A stretch of 63,956 nt of DNA, filler included, from Chiloscyllium plagiosum (GCF_004010195.1; 3 parts of one record of this genome joined end to end with filler, not necessarily neighbours in it), one strand, 5' to 3'. Shown: positions 51,365 to 63,394, numbered from the whole stretch's first letter. The notes: generated from the letters alone by a model not told the origin. Numbers and translations: made by a program.

Positions 51365-51672
51365 GATCTGATGTAAGAAGAAGGGTCACTGGACTCAAAA
51401 CATTGACTCCACTTTCTCTTTACAGATGCTGCCAGATCTGCTGAGTTTCTCTAGCAATTTCTATTTCAGACCTTCAGCATCTACAGTTCTTTATTTTATT
51501 TTGATGTAAAAGGAATTATTTCTTGAAATAGGAGAGATCAACAGGAAACAACAACAGCACAGGTCTGGCAGAATTCAGAATCAATAGTTTGAGTCCAGTG
51601 ACTCTTCTTCTGAAGGGCCACTGGACGTGAAATATTAATTCTGTTTTCTCTGCACAGATGCTGCCAGACTTG
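51365..51672. mobile_element. Two PLE family B mini elements with decayed hammerheads
   Basis: gaagaagggtcactggactcaaaacattgactc at ~51377; fold-back gagtccagtgactcttcttc / tgaagggccactggacgtgaaat at ~51590-51640. Confidence 0.7.
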
Positions 51673-51973
51673 AAATCAATTGGATATCTTGTTCATAGAA
51701 AGCTTTCTGCCAATTAGCTTGTTTTAGACTCCCTCAAATAGCAACCTCTCTATTCAAAATCAGCCCCTGCAGAGTTTAGAGCAGGATAAGCTGTTATCGA
51801 CATTCATGGATTTCCTAAGATGCTGTTCTTAAAAAATGGCCACAGTGAACTTTCAATGACCTCTTTTAAAGAAACCATTCCAACTATAACCACAATTCAT
51901 GAAATGCATTCTCTTTTTTACAATTCTTTAATACTGAAGTGCTTCAAGCAAAGTTAAATATGGAGTATCATAA

Positions 51974-52095
51974 GTGAGTTTTGAGAAGATTTGTAGCTCA
52001 GGTTGAGGTTTTGGATGTAGGTTTGCTTGCTGAGCTGGAAGGTTCATTTCCAGATGTTTTGTTACCCTACTAGGTAACATCTTCAGTGGGCCTCC
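51974..52095 (-). mobile_element. PLE family C pLTR end with hammerhead-like motif
   Basis: Reverse complement of 11222-11335; atggagtatcat repeated at 51960-51971 and 52105-52116; CTGAAGA-t-gttacc tagtag ggtaac-AAAAC-ATC at 52053-52086. Confidence 0.85.
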
Positions 52096-52408
52096 ATTAT
52101 AGCAATGGAGTATCATTATAGCAAATTTCTATCCATTTTCACAGTAGAGGAAGTGGAGCACAGGGGCCTAAATCAAGGAGAAGAATATTTTCTCTAAGAC
52201 TGACATGAGACTGATGTGTCTGCAGGTCCCCGATTATTCACTTGATCCTTTTTAAAATAGTGGTGTGAGATTTGCAAGCTTCCAAACACAGGACACAGTA
52301 CACGGTAATGTTCTGGGGATTTGGGGTCGAATCTTGCCAAGGCAGATGGTGGAATTTGAATTCATATTCATATTGAAGAAATATCTGGAATTAGGAGTCT
52401 AATAATGA

Positions 52409-52849
52409 TAAGACCATAAGACCATAAGACATATGGGTGGAAGTAAGGCCATTCGGCCCATCGAGTCCACTCCGCCATTCAATCATGGCTGATGGGCATT
52501 TCAACTCCACTTACCCGCATTCTCCCCGTAGCCCTTAATTCCTTGTGACATCAAGAATTTATCAATCTCTGCCTTGAAGACATTTAGCGTCCCGGCCTCC
52601 ACTGCACTCTGTGGCAATGAATTCCACACCCACCACTCTGGCTGAAGAATGTGTCCGCATTTCTGTTTAGAATTTACCCCCTCTAATTCTAAGGCGGTGT
52701 CCACGGGTCCTAGTCTCCTCACCTAACGGAAACAATTTCCTAGCGTCCACCCTCTCCAAGCCATGTATTATCTTGTAAGTTTCTATTAGATCTCCCCTTA
52801 ATCTTCTAAACTCCAATGAATACAATCCCAGGATCCTCAACCGTTCCTC
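52409..52849 (-). mobile_element. Young CR1 3' end, same subfamily as 1534-3782, inserted into a SINE B head (52290-52408)
   Basis: (ataagacc)n tail and high similarity to 1534-1975. Confidence 0.92.
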
Positions 52850-52949
52850 NNNNNNNNNNNNNNNNNNNNNNNNNNNNNNNNNNNNNNNNNNNNTTAATTA
52901 ATTAANNNNNNNNNNNNNNNNNNNNNNNNNNNNNNNNNNNNNNNNNNNN
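52850..52949. other. Artificial scaffold linker
   Basis: N44-TTAATTAATTAA-N44. Confidence 0.95.
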
Positions 52950-54150
52950 CCTCCTCCCCATCCCCCTACCTTTAGCCCCATTAGCCTGTCCAATACTACC
53001 TCTTTAATGATAATGATTGTTTCTAGGTCCTCACCTACCATATCCTCCGTGCCACCAATTATTGGCATGTTATTTGTGTCTTCCACTATGAAGACTAACA
53101 CAAAATACCCATTTAACACCTCGGCTATTTCTTCATTTCCCCCTTCTCATCCTTTAAAGGGTCAATGTTTACCTTAGCCACTCTTTTTAGTTTTATGTAT
53201 TTGTGAAAACTTTGCTCTGTGTTTTTATATTCTAAGCTAGTTTACTCTCATGGTCCATTTTACTTTTTTTAAAGCTTTTCTCATTGCTTTCTGCTGACCT
53301 TTAAAAAATTCCCAATCGTGTAGTTCCCACTAACCTTTGTTACTTGGTATGCATTTGGTTTTGATTTAAAACCCCCCTTTATTTCCTTAGTTATCTTTGG
53401 GTGATTATCCTGCCTTTTCACTGGTACGTACTCTGCTGAGCACTGTGAAAAATCACTTTGAAAGTCCTCCACTGTTCCTCAATTGTCCCACCATATAGTC
53501 TTTGCTCCCAGTCTACCTTAGAAAACTCCTCCCTCACCCCAACGTAGTCTCCTTTGTTTAAGCACAAGACGAGGATTTTACCTTCTCACCTTCCATCTGT
53601 ACTTCAAATTCAACCATACCGCAATTGCTTCTTCTGAGAGGATCCCTAATTATGAGATCATCAGTTTTCCCTGTCTCATTACATAGGACCAGATTTAGGT
53701 TAGTTTGCTCCCTCGTGGGTTCCATTACATACTGTTCAAGGAAACTATCGCAGATACATTCTATGAACTCGTCCTTAAGGCTACCTTGACTGACTTGGTT
53801 TGACCAATCAACATGTAGATTAAAATCCCCCATGTTAAATGCCTTAACATTTTTACATGTATCAGTTATTTCTTTGTTTATTGCTCTCCCACCATGATGT
53901 TATTATTTGGTGGCCTATACACTATGCCTATCAGTGACTTTTTCCCCTTAGTATTTCTAATTTCCATCTACATTGATTCAACCTTTCTCTCCATAGAACC
54001 TATAGCATCTCTCACTACTGCCCTGATGTCATCCTTAAATATCAGAGCTACCTCCCTTTCCTTCCTGGCTGTCCTTCCGAATAGTCTGATACCCCTGGAT
54101 ATTTAACTCCCCGTCGTAACCACTCTGCAACTAAGTTTCTATAATGGCCA
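52950..54150 (-). mobile_element. CR1 ORF2 endonuclease region, decayed
   Basis: MGDFNLHVDW and FLEQYVMEPTREQTNLNLVLCN APE motifs. Confidence 0.9.
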
Positions 54151-54859
54151 CTAAATTATTTCAGTACAGATTCCAGTATCTGCAGTAATTTGCTCCTGCA
54201 TAAAGCCACTTAGTGCATTGCTGTTGACAAGCACTTGGTATGGAACATTTCCTACAATAATTAGACTTTGAAAAGTGTTTAATGACTGTAAAATGATTGG
54301 GAATGCCCTCTGTCATGAAAGGCCCAATTCAACAGTAAGCTATTTTTTCTTTCTCAAGCTGAGCATGAGTCAATTTGATGCTGATGAAAACTAAAAACAT
54401 TAGCAGTGCAGTTAGACCACAGCTGCTGTTGTTTAGCACAGAAATTACTTCATACCAAGAAGTGCAGTTGAAGTGTATACACCCTAATTTCTGGAATTTT
54501 CTCCTTACCTTAAAGAAGCACACCTACATTCACATCATGTCTATCATTTTAATGCCTGCCAATTACACTTCATAACAGGGTGACTCAACATTTTCCAGGG
54601 ATCATTTTTAAATAAATCAGTCATGAACGCTATATTACTTGTAACACAATTTTACTATTTTTATAGCTTATTGTTGTCTGAGCTGGAAGTCAAACACAGC
54701 ACTTGGAAGACATTGAGTATTTGATCACATTACGTACATGTGGCTAGACAGACATTTCAGAATTGCTGGATGTAAAAAGTCAAAGGTCCTTCTAGTTCAC
54801 CTTTCACCATCTTCATCCAACAAGCGAAATTACTTTGAAGTATTCAACAGAGGAGTCAA

Positions 54860-55522
54860 GAATCATAGAAATGTACAGCATGGAAACAGAACCTTTAATC
54901 CAACTCGTCCATGCTGACCAGATATCCCAACCCAACTAAGTCCCATTTGCCAGCACCTGGCCCATATCCCTCTAAACCCTTCCTATCCATATGCCCATCT
55001 AGATGCCTTTTAAATGCTGCAATTGTACCAGCCTCCACCACTTCCTCTGGCAGCTCATTATATACCGCACCACCGTCTGAGTGAAAACATTGCCGCTTCG
55101 GTCCCTTTTATCTCTTTCCCCTCTCACCCTAAACCTCTTTAGTTCTGGACTCTCCCACCCCAGGGAAGAAACTTTGTATATTTACCCTATCCATGCCCCT
55201 CATGATTTTATAAACCTCTATAAGGTCACCCCTCAGCCTCCGACACTCCAGGGAAAAAAGCCCCAACCTGTTCAGCCTCTCCCAATAGCTCAAATCCTCC
55301 AAACCTGGCAACATCCTTGTAAATCTTTTCTGAACCCTTTCAAGTTTCACAACATCCTTCTGATAGGAATGAGACTAGAATTATCCTATCCACCTGTGAC
55401 CCTACTTTCAAGGAGCTATGAAACTGCACTCCAAGGTCTCTTTGCTCAGCACCACTCCCTCAGACCTTACCATTATGTGTATACATCCTGTTCTGATTTG
55501 CTTTTCCAAAATGCAACACCTG
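54860..55522 (-). mobile_element. CR1 3' fragment
   Basis: KLERVQKRFTRMLPGLEDLSYWERLNRLGLFSLE. Confidence 0.9.
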
Positions 55523-55572
55523 TTTAAGTTTTATCTGTGAAACAATAATAGAGTTAAGGTTTCAGGTAGATG

Positions 55573-56350
55573 TCAAGAACTATGGCGCTGGAAAAGCACA
55601 GCAGGTCAGGCCCCATCCGAGGGATGGGGAGAAAGTAGCGTAGAGTACAATAGGTGAATGGGGGTAGGGATGGAGGTGATAGGTCAGGGAGGAGGGTGGG
55701 GGAAGGTAGCAAAGAGTACAATTTGTGAATGGGGGTGGAATGAAGGTGATAGGTCAGAGAGGAGGGTGGAGTGGATAGGTGGAAAGGAAGATAGGGAGGT
55801 AGGACAAGGCATGGGGACAGTGCTGAGGTGGAAGTTTGGAACTGGGGTGAGGTGGGGGAAGGGGAAATGAGGAAACTGGTGAAGTCCACATTGATGCCCT
55901 GAGGTTGAAGTGTTCCGAGGTGGAAGATGAGGCGTTCTTCCTCCAGGCGTCTGGTGGTGAGGGAGCGGTGGTGAAGGAGGCCCAGGACCTCCATGTCCTC
56001 GGCTGAGTGGGAAGGGGAGTTTATTCCAACCTTTATTCCACCCACATTCACAAATTGTACTCTTTGCTACCTTCCCCACCCTCCTCCCTGATCTATCACC
56101 TTCATCCCCACCCCCATTCACCTATTGTACTCTACGCTACTTTCTCCCCATCCCTACCCTCCTCTCATTTATCTCTCCACCCTTCAGGCACTTTGCCTGT
56201 ATTCCTGATGAAGGGCTTTTGCCCAAAACGTTGATTTTCCTGCTCCTCAGATGCTGCCTGAACTGCTGTGCTTTTCCAGCACCACTCTAATCCATAATCT
56301 GATTTCCAGCATCTGCAGTCATTGTTTTTACCTCTTCAACAGGAATGTCT
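55573..56350. mobile_element. PLE family A inverted (fold-back) element, 14-bp TSD
   Basis: TSD gtttcaggtagatg at 55559-55572 and 56351-56364; minus arm to ~56020 (RRLEEERLIFHLGTLQPQGINVDF) and plus arm with hammerhead 56205-56232 (G12A). Confidence 0.88.
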
Positions 56351-57086
56351 GTTTCAGGTAGATGGCCCTTTATCAGAACCGGTAAAAATTAGTGCTGCAA
56401 CAGGTTTTAATCATGTGCAGATTTACGGAAAGGGTTGGGAAGTAGGATAAATCCCCAGGACCTGATCAGGTATACCCGAGAACTCTGTGGGAAGCCAGAA
56501 AAATGATTGCTGGGCCTCTTGCTGAGATACTTGTATCATTGGTAGTCACAGGTGAGGTGCCGGAAGACTGGAGGTTTAAGAGCAATTAGAAATGGGTAAA
56601 AAATGCTGACCTTCTCACCAATGGCTACATCCCATGGGAGAGTGAAAGAAGTAGATCATTACCATGATTATTTAAAGAAGAGAGGAGCTCAGGAAAAAAA
56701 AGGGGAAATGGATGAACAGAAGCAAGGAACCTCTCAACTAAGCTGGAAGGGGAATCCTTCATTGAGGAAAATAAGACAAATCAGACACACAAGTATGGAA
56801 AGTGGTAATAACAGAATTTGTCGTGGAAATAAATCAAAACTAAGAGGAGGGCATACAATCCTTACAGTAAGATGGAAAGGAAGCAATGTTGTTAATATAG
56901 TTAGAAATTCTGTGTGCTTATATTGAATATTGGTTGATAGTTGATTTCCAAAAATGGAAACAGTGAAGTTGAAGAAGGGAAGGTAAGAGGAAGGAGAAAG
57001 TGAGGTCTGCAGATGCTGGAGATCAGAGTCGAGAGTGTGTTGCTGGAAAAGCACAGCAGGTCAGGCAGCATCTGAGGAGCAGAAAA

Positions 57087-57120
57087 ATCGACATTTCGGC
57101 GGAAGCCCTTCATCAGGAAT
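57087..57120 (-). ncRNA. Hammerhead ribozyme motif (PLE family A)
   Basis: Minus strand attc-CTGATGA-ag-ggc ttcc gcc-GAAAT-GTC-gatt. Confidence 0.6.
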
Positions 57121-57612
57121 GAGGCTGGGAGCCTCGGGGGTGGAGAGATAAATGGGAGGGGAGTGGGGCTGGGGAGAAGGTAGCAAAGAGAGCAATAGGT
57201 GGATGGAGGTGGGGGTAAAAGTGATAGGTCAGAGAGGACGGTGGAGCAGATAGGTGGGAAGGAAGATGGACAGGTCATGAAGATGGCGCTGAGCTGGAAG
57301 GCTGGACCTGGGGTGAGGTGGGGGAAGGGGAAATGCGGAAATTGACGAAGTCCACATTGATGCCCTGGGGTTGAAGGGTCCCGAGGCAGAAGATAAGGTA
57401 ATCTTCCTCCTGATGTCGGGTGGTGAGAGAGTGTTGATGGAAGAGGCCCAGGACCTCCATGTTCTCGGCAGAGTTGGGTGGGGAAATGTTTGGCTATGGG
57501 CAGTGGGGTTGATTGGTGCGGGTGTCCCAGAGATGTTCCCTAAAGCGGTCTGCGAGAAGTCCCCAATGTCGAGAAGACCGCATCAGGAGCAACGGATACA
57601 ATAAATGACATT

Positions 57613-57925
57613 TTTTTTAGATTCCCTACAGTATGGAAACAGGCCCTTTGGCCCAACAAGTCCAAACCAAACCTCCGAAGAGTAACCCACTCAGACCCAT
57701 TTCTCTCTGACTAATGCACTTAACACTATGGGCAATTTAGCATGGCCAATTCATCTGATCTGCACATCTTTGGATCATGGGAGAAAACTGGAGCATCAGG
57801 AAGAAACCCACACCGACACGGAGAGAATGTGCAAATTCCACACAGACAGTTGGCCGGGACTGGAATCAAACCTGGGACCCTGGTGCTGTGAGGCAGCAGT
57901 GCTAACCACTGAGCCACCATGCTAC
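57613..57925 (-). mobile_element. HE1 SINE nested in the PLE
   Basis: Full-length minus-strand copy. Confidence 0.92.
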
Positions 57926-60900
57926 CCCATTGTGTGGAAGTGCAGGTGAAACTTTGATAGGTGTGGAAGGCTCCTTTGAGACCTTGGATGGAGGTGAGGG
58001 AGGGAGGTGTGGACGCAGGTTTTGCAATTCCTGCGGTGACAGGGGAAGGTGCCAGGAGGGGAGGATGGCTTGTTAGGGGGCGTGGACCTAGTTACGGAGG
58101 GAATGGTCTTTGTGGAAGGTGAATAGGGGTGTGGGGGGGGGGTAAATATATCCCTTAATGTGGGGTCCATTTATAGGTGGCAGAAATGTCGGCGGGTGAT
58201 GCGATTTATGTGGAGGTTGGTGGGGTGAAAGGTTAGGATCGGGGGTTCTGTCCTTGTTGCGGTTGGAGGGGTGGGCTTCGAGGGCGGAGGTGCGAGACAT
58301 GGATGAGATGCGTTGGAGGACATCTTCAACCACGTGGGAGGAGAAAGATCGGTCTTAAAAGAAGGAGGCCATCTGGTGTGTTCTGTGGTGGAACTGGTCT
58401 TCCTGGGAGCAGATGCAGCGGAGCCGGAGGAATTGAGAATATGGGATAGTATTTTTGCAGGAGATAGGGTGGGAGGAGGTATAATCCAGGTAGCTGTGGG
58501 AGTCATTGGGTTTGTAAAAAATGTCAGTGTTGAGTTGGTCCTCGTGGATGGAGATGGAGAGGTCAAGAGAGGGCAGGGAAGTGTCAGAGATGGTCCTCAA
58601 TAAAGACTTCACCTTTATCCCTCTACAGTCCCAGATTAATGAGTTCAACACATGTTGCGACCTTGAATGTTTCTTCCACCGCCTCTGCCTCCGTGCCTAC
58701 TTTTTTAACCAAAACATCCGCCCACCAATCGAGGACTCCGTCTCCCACCTCCAACACACCCCATCCACCTGGACACCCCGTGCTGACCTGCTATCCTGCC
58801 CTTGACCTCTCCATTTCAAATTGTCGCCATGACATCAACAGCCTCAACCTGTCCAACCGCCTCCCCCTCTCCAACCTCTCGCTCTCACAATGCACAGCTT
58901 TCCACTCCCTCTGCTCCAATCCCAACCTCACCATCAAACCAGCGGATAAAGGGGGTGCAGTGGTAGATTGGTTCACTGACCTCTACACCACTGAAGCCAG
59001 GCACCAACTCGAAGACACCTCCTCTTACTGCCCTCTCAACCATGACCTCACCCCCCATCACCAAACCATCATCTCCAGACCATACACAAACTCATCACCT
59101 CAGGGGACCTCTCACCCACAGCTTCCAACCTCATTGTTTGGGAACACCGCACCACTCAATTCTACCTCCTACCCCAAGATCCACAAGCCTGACTACCTCA
59201 GCCAACCTATCGTCTCAACCTACTCCTGCCCCACCGAACCCATCTCCACCTACCTCGATACTGTCCTTTGCCCCTGTCCAGGAACTCCCCACATACGTTC
59301 GGGACACCACCCTCACCCTCCACCTCCTCCAAGACTTCCATGTCCCTGACCCCCAATGCCTCACCTTTACCAAAGACATCCAGTCCCTCTACATCTCTGT
59401 CCATCATGACCAAGGCCTGTAAGCCCTCTGTTTCTTCCTCTCCCAACGTCCCCACCAGTACCCTTCCACTGACACTCTTATTCGTTTGGCTGAGCTGGTT
59501 CTCACCCTCAACAATTTCTCCTTCCAATCCTCCCACTTCCTCCAGATGCAAGGGGTTGCCGTGGGCACCCACATGGCCCCAGCTATGCCTGTCTCTTTGT
59601 CGGTTATGTAGAACAATTCATTTTCCAGAATTCCACCAACACCATTCCCATCTCTTCCTCCGCTACATTGCTGACTGCATCAGTGCCACCACGTGCTCTC
59701 ATGAGGAGATCGAACAGTTCATCAATTTCACAAACACATTCCACCCCAACCTGATGTTCACCTGGACCATCTCTGACACCTCCCTACCCCTCCTAGACCC
59801 TCCATCTCTATCCACAAGGACAGACTCAACACTGACAATTTTTACAATGCCAACAATTCCCACCCTACCTCCTGCAAAAATGCTATCCTGTATTCCCAAT
59901 TCTTTCGTCTCCGCCGCATCTGCTCCCAGGAGGACCAGTTTCACTACAGAACACACCAGATGGCCTCCTTCTTTTATGACCAAACCTTCCCCTCCCACGT
60001 GGTTGAAGATGTCCTCCAACACATCTCATCCATGTCCCGCACCTCCGCCCTCGAAGCCCATCCCTCCAACTGCAACAAGGACAGAACCCCTTGATCCTCA
60101 CCTTCCACCTCACCAACCTTCGCATAACTCGCATCATCCGCCGACATTTCTGCACCTACAAATGGACCCCACCACTAAGGATATATTTCCCTCCTCCTGC
60201 CCCTGCCCCCCTCCACGCTCCCATCGGTTTTCTGCAAAGACTGTTCCCTCTACAACTACCTGGTCAGGTCCACGCCCCCTAACAAGCCATCTTCCCCTCC
60301 TGGCACCTTCCCCTGCCACTGCAGGAATTGCAAAATCTGTGCCCACACCTCCCTCCCTCACCTCCATCCAAGGCCCCAAAGGAGCCTTCCACATCCATCA
60401 AGTTTCACCTGCACTTCCACAAATGTCATTTATTGTATCCATTGCTCCCGATGCGGTCTCCTCTACATTGGGGAGACCGGATGCCTTCTTACAAACCACT
60501 TCAGGGAACACCTCCGAGACACCCACACCAATCAACCCCACCATCCCGTAGCCAAACATTCCAACTCCCCATCCAACTCTGCCGAGGACACGCAGGTCCT
60601 CATCCATCGCCACTCCCTCACTACCCAACCCCTGGAGGAAGAACGCCTTATCTTCTACCTCGGGACCCTTCAACCCCAGGACATCAATGTGGACTTCACC
60701 TGTTTCCTCATTTCCCCTCCCCCCACCTTACCCCAATTCCAACTTTCCAGCTCAGCATTATCTTCATGACCTGTCCCACTGTCAATCTTCCTTCCCACCT
60801 ATCTGCTCCGCCCTCCTCTCCGACTTATCACCTTTACACCCACCTCCATCCACCTATTGCATTCTTAGCTACCTTCTCCCCAGCCTCACACCCCCCTCCC

Positions 60901-61009
60901 AATTATCTCTCCATCCCCGAGGCTCCCAGCATCATTCCTGATGAAGGTAAGAGGAAGAGCTGGCCTAGGTGAAGGACAGGGTAGAGTGGAAACTGATGAG
61001 TGGCTATTA

Positions 61010-61752
61010 ATTGTGAAGCTATGACCAATGGTGTGCCACAAGGATCAATGCTGGGTCTACTGGATTTTGTCATTTATACAATGATTTGGATGTGAGTATA
61101 GGACGTACGGTTAGTAAGTTTACAGATGACATCAATATTAGTGGTGTATGGGGCAGCGAAGGTTATCTCAAAGTACAACAGGACATTAATCAGATAGGCT
61201 GAGGAGAGGCAGATGGAGTTTAATTTAGATAAATATGAGGTGATGCATTTTGGTAAGACAAACCAGGGCAGTGCTCATACAGTTAATGACAGGGCTCTGG
61301 GTGTGTTGCCAAACAAAGAGACTTAGGAATGAAGGTGTATATTTCATTGAAAGTGATGTTGCAGGTAGACAGGGTGGCAAAGAAGGTGTTTGGCATGTTT
61401 ACCTTCATTGGTCAGTGCATTGAGTACAGGAGTTGGCATATCATGTTGTGGTGTACAGGAGATTGGTGAGACCACTTTCAGAATTCTGGATCAATTCTGG
61501 CCTCCCTGCTATAGGAAAGATTGAAAAACTTGAAAGGGTTCAGAAAAGATTTACAAGTATGTTGCTGGGAATGGAGGGTTTGTGCTATAGGGAGAGGCTG
61601 AATAGTCATAGAGATGCACAGCACGGAACCAGATCCTTTGGTCCAACTCGTCCATACTGACCGGATATCCCAACCTAACCTAGTCCCATCTGCCAGCACC
61701 CGGCCCATATCCCTCCAAACCCTTCCTATTCATATACCCATCGAGATGCCTT
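61010..61752. mobile_element. CR1 RT fragment (+, to 61604) abutting a minus-strand CR1 tail (61605-61752)
   Basis: GVPQGSMLG, SKFTDD, KLERVQKRFT; then tcatagagatgcacagcacgg tail. Confidence 0.85.
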
Positions 61753-61754
61753 TG

Positions 61755-62081
61755 TGGGCGGCACGGTGGCACAGTGGTTAGCACTGTTGCCTCACAGCGC
61801 CTGAGACCCGGGTTCACTTCCCGCCTTAGGCGACTGACTGTGTGGAGTTTGCACGTTCTCCCCGTGTCTGCGTGGGTTTCCTCCGGGTGCTCCGGTTTCC
61901 TCCCACAGTCACAAAGATGTGCAGGGTCAGGTGAATTGGCCATGCTAAATTGCCCGTAGTGTTAGGTAACGGGTCAATGTAGGGGTATGGGTGGGTTTCG
62001 CTTCGGCGGGTCGGGGTGGACTTGTTGGGCCGAAGGGCCTGTTTCCACACTGTAATGTAATCTAATCATGTAATCTAATCT
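61755..62081 (+). mobile_element. HE1 SINE, young (CpG-rich)
   Basis: gggcggcacggtggcacagtggttagc head through taatctaatctaa tail. Confidence 0.95.
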
Positions 62082-62631
62082 AACTGGAAGTAACAGTAAT
62101 ACCTTATCCCCGATCGCAAAATTGCATTTTTCTTTATTTCCTGTCCGTTTCCTGATTTGTTGCATACTGCAATATTTTTAAATGCTGTCCAGCCAACTGC
62201 CCAGCACTATTAATCTTTTCCTAAAATTTGAGACCTAAGCCAAATGTGTGGCCTTTGAATTTTGATTTACAATTTTCTCCTTAATCAATATTAATGGTCC
62301 TCTCACTTAAAGTCCAAAAAATAAATCAAATGAATTGAATTTGCTCTGTTAATTTGGTGCATGCATGATCACAAAAAGCGCAAATGGAATTCCCTTACAT
62401 TAATCATCTGGATAATCCTGATCATAAGCCCTCAACATGGTCTTTAATGTTTAATGTCATCTTTCTAGTGCTCCATGCCATGTTGGATGGTAAGCAGTCG
62501 ATTTGAATTGCTTTATTCCGAAGACATCATAGTGAATAAATTAGATGTGAATTTTGAACCTTGACCTCATTGTATCTCTATTGGTAGTCCGTGTCTATTC
62601 ATTAAAAAGAGTAATTCCTTTGCAATTCTTT
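62082..62631 (-). mobile_element. Gypsy/Ty3 LTR-retrotransposon integrase relic
   Basis: Minus translation RHGLPIEIQ*-GQGSKFTSNLF ... AYHP..HGALER ... TLKTMLRAY ... KGIPFALF ... VRGPL ... FAIGDKVLLLLP with stops and frameshifts. Confidence 0.8.
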
Positions 62632-62646
62632 NNNNNNNNNNNNNNN

Positions 62647-63080
62647 ATGTTGAAAGATTGGAGCAACTGGGCTTGTATACCCTTGAGTTTAGAAGACTGA
62701 GAGGGGATCTGATTGAGACGTATAAGATTATTAAAGAATTGGATACTCTGGAGGCAGGAAACATGTTTCCGCTGATGGGTGAGTCCCAAACCAGAGGACA
62801 CAGCTTAAAAATAAGGGGTAGGTTATTTAGGACAGAGATGAGGAGAAACTTTTTCACCCAGAGAGTGGTGGCTGTGTGGAATGCTCTGCCCCAGAAGGCA
62901 GTGGAGGCCCAGTCTCTGGATTCATTTAAGAAAGAGTTGGATAGAGTTCTCAAAGATGGTGGAATCAAGGGTAATGGAGATAAGGCAGGAACAGGATACT
63001 AATTGAGGATGATCAGCCATGATCATATTGAATGGTGGTGCAGGCTCGAAGGGCCTACTCCTGCACCTATTGTCTATTGT
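62647..63080 (+). mobile_element. Young CR1 3' end
   Basis: LGLYTLEFRRLRGDLIETYKI...FFTQRVVAVWNALP and (ctattgt)n tail; 15-N gap at 62632-62646. Confidence 0.92.
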
Positions 63081-63394
63081 CTAACTCATGAGGATTTAGA
63101 AGCAAAGTTGGGGAAATTTCTTTCTTGTGCTAAAAACAGCTTCATTGCAGCCATTAATTTACAAGGCAAAAATGTGCCTCGTCATTACTGTTCCGCATGT
63201 GCCATGAAATGGCGGGGTTAGTTAGGACTCATACAAAGACACATTTTATTTAGAGAAAGAGTACAGGGTAAAAAGAGCAGTTTAACAAGTTCAGCCAGAT
63301 AGAGAAGGACAGAGATGCATAGGGCTGGTTTAGTTTCCATTCATTAATGGAGCAGAAAGCCTTCAGGCAATCCTGCTGAGGCTAAGGGAGTAAA

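Larger units (their letters stand above)
56994..60942. mobile_element. Large PLE family A (Neptune-like) insertion: inverted 3' arm (56994-58597, minus) plus RT/GIY-YIG arm (58597-60942, plus); pseudogenised
   Basis: TIKPADKGGAVV, PKIHKP, LRYIAD(D), Cys-rich linker, NVIYCIHCSRCGLLYIGET; 15-bp TSD gaaggtaagaggaag at 56979-56993 and 60943-60957. Confidence 0.93.

Noticed and set aside
59268..60551. 427-aa Pro/Ser/Thr-rich ORF as a novel gene
   Set aside because: Mostly off-frame reading of the C-rich, frameshifted PLE RT; the true frame appears only in its middle part
61755..61830. tRNA genes suggested by A/B boxes in SINE heads
   Set aside because: Each continues into a V-domain or SINE B core and lacks a full cloverleaf
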